Shown: piece after piece, positions 45,685 through 54,404 of the stretch | Position numbering within the stretch: position 1 is the first letter of the stretch | Layout of the letters: the number at the start of each line of letters is the position of its first letter | Source of the DNA: Neptuniibacter sp. UBA6509 | GTDB lineage: Bacteria; Pseudomonadota; Gammaproteobacteria; Pseudomonadales; Balneatricaceae | Length of the DNA stretch: 64,000 bases | Reading direction: 5' to 3' (one strand) | Assembly (NCBI RefSeq): GCF_002435145.1 | Contig: NZ_DJLT01000115.1 | Translations under genes and position numbers: made by a program | The notes under the pieces: generated by a model | Database searches by the model: none | The model's input: the letters and a program-made list of their open reading frames with translations, nothing else | Told to the model about the DNA's origin: nothing

Positions 45685-47201
45685 ATAAACAGCCTAGCGT
45701 TGCTCAGCGGTTGATCAATTGGGCGTGGCATCGATATGTCGGCCCATCTGAAAAAACTGGAATGGCTAGAGCCTTTGAAGCAGCAAAAAGTGACCGCTTA
45801 AGGCTTGGATGGTCAGGCCGTGCTTCAAGCCAAAGTGCAGATCAGGATATATACCGCGATCTTGGGGCTTTGGTTCAATATGCGCGTGAGCAGTCAGTTA
45901 ACCAGCCTTATGCAAAACGTTATTACACCCTGTTGAAAAATAACGTAATTGGGCCACGGGGGATGAAGTTTCAAAGCCGAGTAAAGCTACCGGATGGGAA
46001 GCCGGACCGCCTAAGAAACAAAACCATTGAAGAAAGCTGGAAACGCTTCTGCAAAAAAGGGTCATTTGATGTTACGGGGCGTTATCACCACGTAACGTTC
46101 AAACAGCTCTGGATTGAAACGCTTGCGCGTGATGGTGAGGTCTTGGTGCGTGAGCACTTCGGCCATGATAACGAATGGGGCTACTCGGTCCAGATCCTTG
46201 AATGTGACCGGCTTGATCTTAACTACAACACAGACCTTAAAAACGGCAATCGAATCCGCATGAGTGTGGAGCTTGATCAGTGGGAAAAGCCCGTTGCTTA
46301 TCATCTTTTGGTGAATCATCCAGGGGATAGCACATACAGCTGGCAGGGCAATGAATATGAAAGGGTTCCTGCAGAAGAGATTATCCACACGTTCATACCG
46401 TGGCGGCCCCATCAAACAAGGGGCATCCCCTGGACACACGCCGGAATGGTGGAGTTGTACCACATAGGGGAATACCGAAAAGCAGAGTTAACCAGTGCAG
46501 AAGAAACCGCCAAATCAGGCGGTTTTTTTGAGCAAGATCCAGAAGCATTTGAAGACGCGCCGAAGAATGATCAAGGCGAAATTGTCCATGAAGTAGAGGC
46601 CGGAAGTTATCACCTTTTACCTTATGGCGTTCGTTTTAATGATCGTAAAGCAGACCGTGCAGGGGCTAACTTTGGGGCCTTTTTAAAGGATGCGGTTCGG
46701 GGCGTTTCCTCTGCGTGGGGTGTCTCTTATAACCGGCTTGCAAATGACTTGGAAGGTGTGAATTTCAGCTCCCTTCGATCCGGTGAGCTGGATGAAAGGG
46801 ATATGTACAAGGTTTTGCAGTTCTTTGTCATTGAAGAGTTAGAAGAGCGAATCAACAGAAATTGGATGCGAATGTCGCTGTTAACGCAGGCGCTTCCATT
46901 CTCCATGTTGGAGTTTGATCACATCTGCCAACCGTCTTTTCAACCGCGGGGCTGGGGATGGGTTGATCCTAAAAATGATTCAAAGGCTCACACCGAAGAC
47001 ATCAATAACAGAACGCGAACACGCTCATCATTTATCAGGGAGGCCGGTGAAGACCCTGAAGAAGTATTTGATGAATTTGAGTGGGAAGAGCAGCTGCTGC
47101 AAGGTCGCGGGCTGTTGAATGAAACAGAGCAGAATTCGGAGTCGGAAGGCGATGAGCAAGAAAGTGAAGACGAGCAACCTAGCGGTTCTGAGGGAGATTG
47201 A
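45681..47201 (+). CDS. Portal protein, lambda family
   Basis: LARDGEVLVR, QTRGIPW, VSYNRLANDLEGVNFSSLRSG, RGWGWVDPKND. Confidence 0.9.
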   Translation: MNKQPSVAQRLINWAWHRYVGPSEKTGMARAFEAAKSDRLRLGWSGRASSQSADQDIYRDLGALVQYAREQSVNQPYAKRYYTLLKNNVIGPRGMKFQSRVKLPDGKPDRLRNKTIEESWKRFCKKGSFDVTGRYHHVTFKQLWIETLARDGEVLVREHFGHDNEWGYSVQILECDRLDLNYNTDLKNGNRIRMSVELDQWEKPVAYHLLVNHPGDSTYSWQGNEYERVPAEEIIHTFIPWRPHQTRGIPWTHAGMVELYHIGEYRKAELTSAEETAKSGGFFEQDPEAFEDAPKNDQGEIVHEVEAGSYHLLPYGVRFNDRKADRAGANFGAFLKDAVRGVSSAWGVSYNRLANDLEGVNFSSLRSGELDERDMYKVLQFFVIEELEERINRNWMRMSLLTQALPFSMLEFDHICQPSFQPRGWGWVDPKNDSKAHTEDINNRTRTRSSFIREAGEDPEEVFDEFEWEEQLLQGRGLLNETEQNSESEGDEQESEDEQPSGSEGD

Positions 47202-49020
47202 AGGGCAAGAGCTGCAGCGTGAATTAGCTGTGGTTTCTGACTCCATCAATGAAGAAACGCGAACAGTAGAAATTGCAGCGTCTAGTGAATACCCCGTCCC
47301 TCGCTGGTTTGGTGAAGAGATTTTGGATCACTCTCCAAATGCAGTGCGCTTAGGCCGAATGAAGGCAGGGGCCCCTTTACTAGAAATGCATAGTCGCTGG
47401 GAGCAGATCGGCGTTGTTGAAGACGCCTGGTTAGAAAGCGGGCGATTGCGGGCACGGGTGCGTTTTTCCCGCAATGAAAGTGCTGAACCCGTTTGGCAAG
47501 ACGTTGTGGATGGTATTCGCCGGAATGTTTCGGTTGGGTATCAAATTTTTGAAATGGTTCTTCAGTCTCAAGATGAAAGCGGTGAGGTTTACCGCGTCAC
47601 GGACTGGGAGCCCTATGAAATCAGTTTTGTATCAGTTGCGGCAGATCCAACGGTGGGTGTTGGTCGCTCTCATGCAGTAAGCAATATCACTATCAGGAGT
47701 GAAAAAATGGCTAAGCCAGAAAAGAAGGAAGAAGTAAAAGCGCCAGCTGCTGGTGCAGAGGGTTCACAGCGTTCCGGTGCTGAGCCGCAAGGTCCAAGTG
47801 CAGAAGATATTGCTGCAGGTGAGCGTAAACGAATCATGGAGATCAATGAAATTGGTCGTCAATTCGGTCAGCGTTCCTTAGCTCAAGAATCTGTGTCCGG
47901 TGGCCATACGGTTGATCAGTTCCGTGCGCTAGTGATGGAGCGTGTTAAGCCTGTTGCACCACCTACTTATGAAAAAGAAGGTGACAAAGGCGGTCTGCAT
48001 TCAGCCCGTGAAATTGGTATTGATGAGAAAGAACTAGGTGATTACTCATTGATGCGTGCAATTAACGCTGCAGCCAATAATGATTGGTCCAAGGCTGGTT
48101 TAGAGCGTGAAGTTAGTTTGGCTATTGCTGATGCAAGTGGCAAAGAAGCGCGTGGTTTCTTCATGCCTGCAGAGGTCATGGTTCAGCGTCAGCTTGAAAA
48201 ACAAACATCAGGCAAAGGCGGTGAATTGGTAGCCACTGAGCTGATGGGCAATGAGTTTATTGATGTCCTGCGTAATAAAGCGATGGTGGCACAGCTAGGC
48301 GCTAAAATTATGAGCGGCTTGGTAGGTGATGTTGATATTCCTAAAAAGACCTCTTCAGGTAACTTCTATTGGTTGTCTGAAGATGAAGACGTGTCTGATA
48401 GTGATTTTGATTTCACCACACTACCGCTTTCGCCTAAGTGTATTGCAGGTGCAATTCCTGTGACGCGTAAGCTACGCAAGCAATCATCATTGAATGTGGA
48501 AAACTTGATCCGTGAAGACCTCATAACGGGCATCGGCGTTGCTATCGATCTGGCATTACTGCTGGGTGATGGTGTTAAAGAGCCGTTAGGTATCCTTAAT
48601 GCAGTGGGTACAAATGCGGTGACCTACCCTGCAGGGGGTATGGACTTTAATTCTGCAGTTTCCATGGAAACAAAGATTGCTACCTACAATGCAGATATTC
48701 AGAACATGGCTTATCTGACCAATGCGGTTCAGCGTGGTGCGGCTAAGACCAAACAAGTGTTTGATGGCACTGGCGAGCGCCTATGGCAGAACAATGAAGT
48801 AAACGGCTATATGGCACACGCAACAGGCCAAATGCCTGCGGATACTTGGGCGTTTGGTGATTGGAGTCAGTTGATGATCGCGCTTTGGGGTGTGTTGGAT
48901 CTTAAAGTGGATACATCTACCAAGGCCGCTTCTGATGGCTTGATCCTTCGTGTATTCCAAGATTGTGATGGAGGTGTTCGTCGTCCTGAATCCTTCACTG
49001 TTGGACGTAAAACGGTTTAA
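47152..49020 (+). CDS. Fused HK97-type prohead protease / scaffold / major capsid protein
   Basis: N-terminal PLLEMHS...RNVSVGY...WEPYEISFVSVAAD protease; C-terminal GGELVATE...IPK...YW..E...LSPK MCP; one frame. Confidence 0.85.
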   Translation: MSKKVKTSNLAVLREIEGQELQRELAVVSDSINEETRTVEIAASSEYPVPRWFGEEILDHSPNAVRLGRMKAGAPLLEMHSRWEQIGVVEDAWLESGRLRARVRFSRNESAEPVWQDVVDGIRRNVSVGYQIFEMVLQSQDESGEVYRVTDWEPYEISFVSVAADPTVGVGRSHAVSNITIRSEKMAKPEKKEEVKAPAAGAEGSQRSGAEPQGPSAEDIAAGERKRIMEINEIGRQFGQRSLAQESVSGGHTVDQFRALVMERVKPVAPPTYEKEGDKGGLHSAREIGIDEKELGDYSLMRAINAAANNDWSKAGLEREVSLAIADASGKEARGFFMPAEVMVQRQLEKQTSGKGGELVATELMGNEFIDVLRNKAMVAQLGAKIMSGLVGDVDIPKKTSSGNFYWLSEDEDVSDSDFDFTTLPLSPKCIAGAIPVTRKLRKQSSLNVENLIREDLITGIGVAIDLALLLGDGVKEPLGILNAVGTNAVTYPAGGMDFNSAVSMETKIATYNADIQNMAYLTNAVQRGAAKTKQVFDGTGERLWQNNEVNGYMAHATGQMPADTWAFGDWSQLMIALWGVLDLKVDTSTKAASDGLILRVFQDCDGGVRRPESFTVGRKTV

Positions 49021-49035
49021 ACCGGCTTTATAGAA

Positions 49036-49063
49036 AAAGGGAGGGCTTCGGCCCTCCTTTTTT
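49036..49063 (+). terminator. Terminator after the capsid gene
   Basis: GGAGGGC-TTCG-GCCCTCC-TTTTTT. Confidence 0.8.
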
Positions 49064-49098
49064 GTGCAAACAACGTAAATTTTTTAAGGGTTTTGATT

Positions 49099-49314
49099 AT
49101 GGCTAAGTTGGTTGAAGTAGTTGCAAAGTCGGACTTTTGGGCCGGTGGTGAGCTGATTGAAGAGGGTGAGTCTGTTGGATTATCGGAGTCTGATTCAAAA
49201 ACATTAGTGGGTACGGGGCAGGCAGCATATCCGGTTGAAGAAGCTTCTGATTCTGAAGACGGAGAAGGTTCTGATTCTGAAGAGGAAGAATCTGATGAGT
49301 CGGAAACTGATTAA
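49099..49314 (+). CDS. Small acidic head-associated protein
   Basis: Asp/Glu/Ser-rich tail; position after the MCP. Confidence 0.55.
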   Translation: MAKLVEVVAKSDFWAGGELIEEGESVGLSESDSKTLVGTGQAAYPVEEASDSEDGEGSDSEEEESDESETD

Positions 49315-49663
49315 AGAAGATCTGGATACCTTCTTTGACGCTGATGACTTTGGCGAGCTGGTTGGCATGAAGCCAGCCGGTGAGCTGATCGAAGTGGTGG
49401 CGTTAATCACACGTGATGTTGAGGTATTAACGCTGGGCGGTGATGTTCAGGACGTGGTGACTTATATAAAAATACCACGGGTTGAAGGTGTTGTTCCTGG
49501 TAATGAAATTTGGACTGTTGATGAGCGCTGGCGGATTGTAAAGCCCGTTTCTGATGATGGCTTATTGGTTAATTATTTGGTGACGCCGTTAGTCAGTGAA
49601 GACCACGAAATGATCGAGCAGGTTAACGATTCGTTTCATCGTGTTGTGCATGAGGATATCTGA
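49295..49663 (+). CDS. Head-tail joining protein (gpFII-like)
   Basis: DLDTFFDADDFGE N-terminus, position in the neck module. Confidence 0.55.
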   Translation: MSRKLIKEDLDTFFDADDFGELVGMKPAGELIEVVALITRDVEVLTLGGDVQDVVTYIKIPRVEGVVPGNEIWTVDERWRIVKPVSDDGLLVNYLVTPLVSEDHEMIEQVNDSFHRVVHEDI

Positions 49664-50238
49664 TGTCGGGTTTTGATAGAGAGATAGTGAGGTTGGATCT
49701 GTTAATGCGGGATATAAGCCGCAAGGTGCTCCCGCGATCGGCGGCATCTGCCCTTAACAAAACGGCTTCACTCAGTAGAACGCGCATTATTCGTGGTGTT
49801 TCTAAACAGCTATCAATTAAACAGAAGTCCATCAGAAAACGCATTTACGTCCGGCGTGCTACGCCAAGGCGGCAAGTGGCATCGATTGCTGCATATGTCA
49901 GGGGGTTATCGGCTATCCGCTTAAAGCCCCGTGATACTGGGCGTGGTGGGTGGTCAATGCGCAAAGGTAAGGGTGTCAAAGCAAGGGGTGGTCATCATTT
50001 TCCTAATGCGTTTATCGCAAAGGGTAGAAATGCTCAAGATCATGTGTTTGAGCGTACAGGCAAGGTATCAAGGCGCGATGGCAAAAATTATCACCATGTT
50101 GATGTAGTGCGTATTGCTATTGATAAAACCCTTGAGGATATTGCCCCGCGTACCGTTCGACGCTTAATGAATTCGCGCTTTGATGGCCTTCTGCAGCATG
50201 AAATTAATCATAGATTAACAAAATTAAGGGTTAAGTAA
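49663..50238 (+). CDS. Tail completion protein (gpZ-like)
   Basis: AASALNKTA...IRKRI...AFIA, highly basic. Confidence 0.7.
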   Translation: MSGFDREIVRLDLLMRDISRKVLPRSAASALNKTASLSRTRIIRGVSKQLSIKQKSIRKRIYVRRATPRRQVASIAAYVRGLSAIRLKPRDTGRGGWSMRKGKGVKARGGHHFPNAFIAKGRNAQDHVFERTGKVSRRDGKNYHHVDVVRIAIDKTLEDIAPRTVRRLMNSRFDGLLQHEINHRLTKLRVK

Positions 50239-50657
50239 TGCCACTAGAAAACACATCTGCAGCACGGCGCAAGGCTATCCGTCACAAAGTGAAAGATATT
50301 GTCTGCGGTGCGGTTAAAGAACTACCGCATCACCATGTTTTTACAGCGCGTGGAGAGGCTGAAAAAGCTGAAGACTTTATCAATATCTATTTTGAAACAG
50401 GTGAGCGGGAACACGTCAACAACGGCGCACAAGCTGATGCTCCGTTGATTATCCGCATCAATACCAAAGCGCCAGCACAAAGAGCGGATGACCGCTTAGA
50501 TAAAATTTCAAGCTGGATTGAAGCCGCTATGGAAGAGCAGCGCTTATTAGATGGTTTGGTGTACTACAGCTTCATGGAAAGCTTTGCATATTCAGATTCC
50601 CCATCGGGTACTTACTCGGCGTTAGAGCTGGCGTATCAGCTTAAATATGATGATTAA
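50238..50657 (+). CDS. Tail terminator protein (gpU-like)
   Basis: RKAIRHKV...LDKI...IE...YQLKY; position before the tube gene. Confidence 0.55.
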   Translation: MPLENTSAARRKAIRHKVKDIVCGAVKELPHHHVFTARGEAEKAEDFINIYFETGEREHVNNGAQADAPLIIRINTKAPAQRADDRLDKISSWIEAAMEEQRLLDGLVYYSFMESFAYSDSPSGTYSALELAYQLKYDD

Positions 50658-50671
50658 CTAGGAGAAAAACT

Positions 50672-51097
50672 ATGTCATTTGGTAATGGAACACGGTTTGT
50701 ACGTGGTGATGATTCTGACCCGCAAGTGATGGTTGATATCGGCGGTGCCATTGTAGAGCTTGGTTCATTCGCGCCTTCAAAAGAGGTAAGGGACGATAAC
50801 CGCTACAGCGATGATACCAACTGGAAAAAGAAAACTGGTGGTATGCGTGATGGCGGTCAATCTACATTCAAAATGGAGTTTGATCGTTCAGAAGGCTACC
50901 ACACTGATTTGCAAGCTGATTTTAATAGCGATGATCCGCGCAAGTTTGGGTTCAACTGGCCGGATGCTGCTAAAACTCAAGTGGAATCAGATGCCATTGT
51001 GTCAGGCTTTGAAATCACGCATGAGGTGGGTGAAAAGATTTATGCCAATGTCACGCTTGATTGGTCTGGCGAACCTGTTTGGGGGAATTGGACCTAA
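50672..51097 (+). CDS. Tail tube protein
   Basis: GGMRDGGQSTF, FGFNWPD, ANVTLDWSGEP. Confidence 0.75.
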   Translation: MSFGNGTRFVRGDDSDPQVMVDIGGAIVELGSFAPSKEVRDDNRYSDDTNWKKKTGGMRDGGQSTFKMEFDRSEGYHTDLQADFNSDDPRKFGFNWPDAAKTQVESDAIVSGFEITHEVGEKIYANVTLDWSGEPVWGNWT

Positions 51098-51456
51098 TGT
51101 TTCAGGGGCTAATTAAAAAAGAGACACTGAAGGTAAGAGGTCAGGAATACACGTTCCATGAGATCTCTTCCTTGGCGTGGATTGAGAAGGTGATGCGTGA
51201 TAATCCGGTTGAGAAGGATCGCAACCAAAAGGAAATCACATCATCAAATTATGATTATTTCTCGCGTGTGAGTGCTGCTTCCATTGAGCCCGGTGCTGAT
51301 CGGCCGTTTGATGAACTCTATAAGGAAATAAGAGAGCTTCCTGCGGCATTGATTGTTGAGCTGTTTGAAGCTGCAGATCAAGTAAACGGCATAGCTGAGC
51401 GCTTGGAGCTTTTGCGGGGAAAGGGCTCCCTAACAGAAGATACGTCCGCGGATTAG
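51097..51456 (+). CDS. Tail assembly chaperone G (119 aa)
   Basis: Between tube and tape-measure genes; G GGA AAG slippery site at 51417-23. Confidence 0.75.
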   Translation: MFQGLIKKETLKVRGQEYTFHEISSLAWIEKVMRDNPVEKDRNQKEITSSNYDYFSRVSAASIEPGADRPFDELYKEIRELPAALIVELFEAADQVNGIAERLELLRGKGSLTEDTSAD

Positions 51457-51662
51457 CTGATCGCTGGGGGATTCCGGTGATTCATCGCGTACTGGCTGAA
51501 ATGTCACTTTCAGAATTATTCGAGTGGTATCAGTACGATGTTGAGCGCTTGGAATCCATGCATCCAGATGGTTTGCCGGTTCAAAAATCTTCTGTGCAAG
51601 CGAAATCGGTAGAAGAGGAAATAGCCTATATCAAGGCTGTTGTGGGGGAAGGTTATGAGTAA
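51423..51662 (+). CDS. T segment of chaperone GT (-1 frameshift product, approx. 188 aa in total)
   Basis: -1 frame open from the slip site: GLPNRRYVRGLADRWGIPVIHRVLAEMSLSELFEW. Confidence 0.75.
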   Translation, partial: GLPNRRYVRGLADRWGIPVIHRVLAEMSLSELFEWYQYDVERLESMHPDGLPVQKSSVQAKSVEEEIAYIKAVVGEGYE

Positions 51663-53904
51663 GAAGCGTAAGCTTCAAACGCTGTCGGTTGATCTGGATT
51701 TAATCAGTAATAACTACGATGTTCGGATGGATAAGTCGCGAGGGAAAACGCGGCAATTTGGCAAGGAAGCTGGCAAAACTGAAAAGCACGGGACGCGGAT
51801 GACCGGAATGCTTCAGTTAATGGCTGATGGATTCGACTCTACCGATCTACCGATGACCGGGGCTGCAGGTAGGCTTACATTAGTAGCAGGTGGCATGGGT
51901 GCTGTATCGGCGGGGGCGGCTATTGCTGCTGCAGGTACGCATTTGGTTGCGGTGAATACGGCAAGGTTGGGGCGTGAGTTAGAAGCCCAAGCGGTAGCCG
52001 CTAGGCTCTCTATTCAAACCCTTCAAGAAATCGGCTATGCATCTGAGCAGGTAGGGATCGACGCTGAGAAAGCTGCAGATATATTTAAAGATTGGCAAGA
52101 CAAACTTGGTGATTTCCGCTCAACTGGGGCGGGTGAATTTGCTGATTTCTTTGAGCAAGTAGGCGACAAAGTTGGCCTAACAGCTGATGAGCTGGCAAGA
52201 ATGTCCGGCCCTGATGCTCTAATCGCAGTTAAAAAGGCAATGGACGATGCCAATGTTAGCGCCGATCGGCAGGTTTTCTATCTGGAATCTCTAGCGGATG
52301 ATGCATCAAAGCTATCACCTCTGCTTGCTAATAACGGTGAGCAGTTTCGCCAAATGGTAGAGCGCTACCGTGAAATGGACGTTGCGCTCACAGATTCACA
52401 ATTACAAAAATTTAAAGAATACGATCAAGATATTAAAGACCTGCAGGCAGTTTGGGATGACCTAACGCGCAACACTGTAATCCCTTTTGTGGGTGTGCTT
52501 GCTGATGGTGCTCAATATATGCAGTCGTTGTTGGGGACAACGCGAACAGAGCGTTTGAAAGAACTCAGGGAGGAGATGGGTGGTCTATCTGAAGAGATAG
52601 TTGATCTTGAGGAAAACGGTAAAAAGTACGGCGGCGGTTTTACGGGCATGATGGATGCCCTTATGGGTGAAACTGGCACCAAAGGTGAGCGTGTAGCGCG
52701 GCGTAAGTCCCGCATTCGTATCATCAAAGCAGAGATTGCAGAAATAGAGGAAGCCATTGCTTCAGGTACTTCCGGTGCGCTGGTGAGTGATTATGAGCCG
52801 CCAACATTGCCCAGTAGTTCCCCCCATAAAACGGCAGAGCTAGAACAGGCAAGAGAGGCCGGAGTTGTATACCTTTCGCAGTTAGATATGCAGTTTGCTT
52901 CTGAGCTGCAGAAGCTTGATCTTCAGCACGCTGCGCGTCTTCAAAAAATTGAAGCACTGCAGCTTTCCCAGGCTGAAATAGAAAGCCGAGGTTTTGAAGA
53001 TATTGAAACGCTGCGGGCTGCTTATGCTGATAAAGCAGAGCAGGATCGCCAAGCCAAACTTGAAGAGCAAAGGCTTAAGCGTGAAGAGGAAGCCCTAACA
53101 GATTATGAATTGGTCATGCAGGAATTTATGACCAAAGCACAGCTTGAAGACCAAGCATGGTTAGAGCGTCAAGAAAAACTCGATAATGCGCTGTCAGTAC
53201 GTGCCATTAGTGAGGATGCCTACCGTGCGGCCAGCCTGAAAAACTGGGAAAAATATCAAAAAGACCTTCAGCAACAAGAGCAAAAACAACAGCTAGAACG
53301 TTTGCAAAACTATGAGAATTTATTTGATGGTATTGCCGGTGTAATGAAGTCTGCAGCCGGTGAACAGTCGGGTATCTACCGGATAATGTTCGCTGCAAGT
53401 AAAGCCTTCGCAATTGCTCAATCCATTATCAAAATTCAACAAGGTATTGCAGAAGCTGCAAGCCTGCCTTTTCCCACAAATATACCGGCCATCGGCACGG
53501 TGATCAGTGCCACGGCGGGTATTGTTTCGACAATCTCAGGTACAGAAATGCCGTCCTATCACACGGGCGGTATAGCGGGTCAGCCCTCTGATAACTATGG
53601 CGATCGGCTGAAGCAAGGAGAGATGTATTCCAAGCTTATTGTAGGGGAAGAGGTTATCACTCAAAGCGACCCACGGCATCGCAACAACTTAAAAGGCGGT
53701 TCCGGTGTTGCTGCAGCTGCCCAGCCTGTCATTCATATCCACACAACTGAACAAACAGAGCAGCAAACAGATGAAAGCGGTGATCTGCATATCTACGTGG
53801 GTGCTGCAATGGATGAGCTAGAGCGGCGAGTTGTTGAAGGTGGTAATTCCACATCAGATGCAGTTGAAGGTGCCTTTGGCTTACAGCGGCAATCGCTTAG
53901 GTAA
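51655..53904 (+). CDS. Tape measure protein (749 aa)
   Basis: Long helical Ala/Glu/Gln-rich ORF; GIDAEKAADIFKD, YHTGG near the C-terminus. Confidence 0.85.
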   Translation: MSKKRKLQTLSVDLDLISNNYDVRMDKSRGKTRQFGKEAGKTEKHGTRMTGMLQLMADGFDSTDLPMTGAAGRLTLVAGGMGAVSAGAAIAAAGTHLVAVNTARLGRELEAQAVAARLSIQTLQEIGYASEQVGIDAEKAADIFKDWQDKLGDFRSTGAGEFADFFEQVGDKVGLTADELARMSGPDALIAVKKAMDDANVSADRQVFYLESLADDASKLSPLLANNGEQFRQMVERYREMDVALTDSQLQKFKEYDQDIKDLQAVWDDLTRNTVIPFVGVLADGAQYMQSLLGTTRTERLKELREEMGGLSEEIVDLEENGKKYGGGFTGMMDALMGETGTKGERVARRKSRIRIIKAEIAEIEEAIASGTSGALVSDYEPPTLPSSSPHKTAELEQAREAGVVYLSQLDMQFASELQKLDLQHAARLQKIEALQLSQAEIESRGFEDIETLRAAYADKAEQDRQAKLEEQRLKREEEALTDYELVMQEFMTKAQLEDQAWLERQEKLDNALSVRAISEDAYRAASLKNWEKYQKDLQQQEQKQQLERLQNYENLFDGIAGVMKSAAGEQSGIYRIMFAASKAFAIAQSIIKIQQGIAEAASLPFPTNIPAIGTVISATAGIVSTISGTEMPSYHTGGIAGQPSDNYGDRLKQGEMYSKLIVGEEVITQSDPRHRNNLKGGSGVAAAAQPVIHIHTTEQTEQQTDESGDLHIYVGAAMDELERRVVEGGNSTSDAVEGAFGLQRQSLR

Positions 53905-53927
53905 ATTCATATTAGATAGGTAAATTC

Positions 53928-54404
53928 ATGGCAGAAACTAATGAAGCTCTCCCGGCATGGCCGCGAGAGCATTTACCGCTGGGTTTACTGGCGAACTATC
54001 GATCTAAGCCCCGTGATTTTAGCGTGACAACCAAAATGGAAGCGGGGCTCCCCTCATCAAGAATCACAAGTTTGGATGTGCTGGTTGATCACTGGTTTAC
54101 TTTGCGTTTCTCCTTGGAGCAAGAAGGTTATTTCAGGTGGTGGGTGCATAACACCATCAACCGCGGGCATGGCTGGTTCAAGATGGAATTAAGAACCGGG
54201 GGCGGGCGTGCTGAACAACCTTGCAAGTTTGTAAAGCTGGGTGAATCACGGGTGGATGGTGCCGGGTTTCGTATTGCCGTGCAGGTGGTGACGCGGGGTA
54301 ATCCGGTGGTGAATCTTTCTGAAGAACAGATCAACGATATGTTGGAGTTTGGTGCATACGAACTTCAATACATAGATGAACAGTTAAATAAGGCGGTTGA
54401 GTAA
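53928..54404 (+). CDS. Distal tail (Dit/gpM-like) protein
   Basis: WP..LPLGL...TKMEAG...FRWW...GHGWF.MELRTG pattern after the TMP. Confidence 0.6.
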   Translation: MAETNEALPAWPREHLPLGLLANYRSKPRDFSVTTKMEAGLPSSRITSLDVLVDHWFTLRFSLEQEGYFRWWVHNTINRGHGWFKMELRTGGGRAEQPCKFVKLGESRVDGAGFRIAVQVVTRGNPVVNLSEEQINDMLEFGAYELQYIDEQLNKAVE

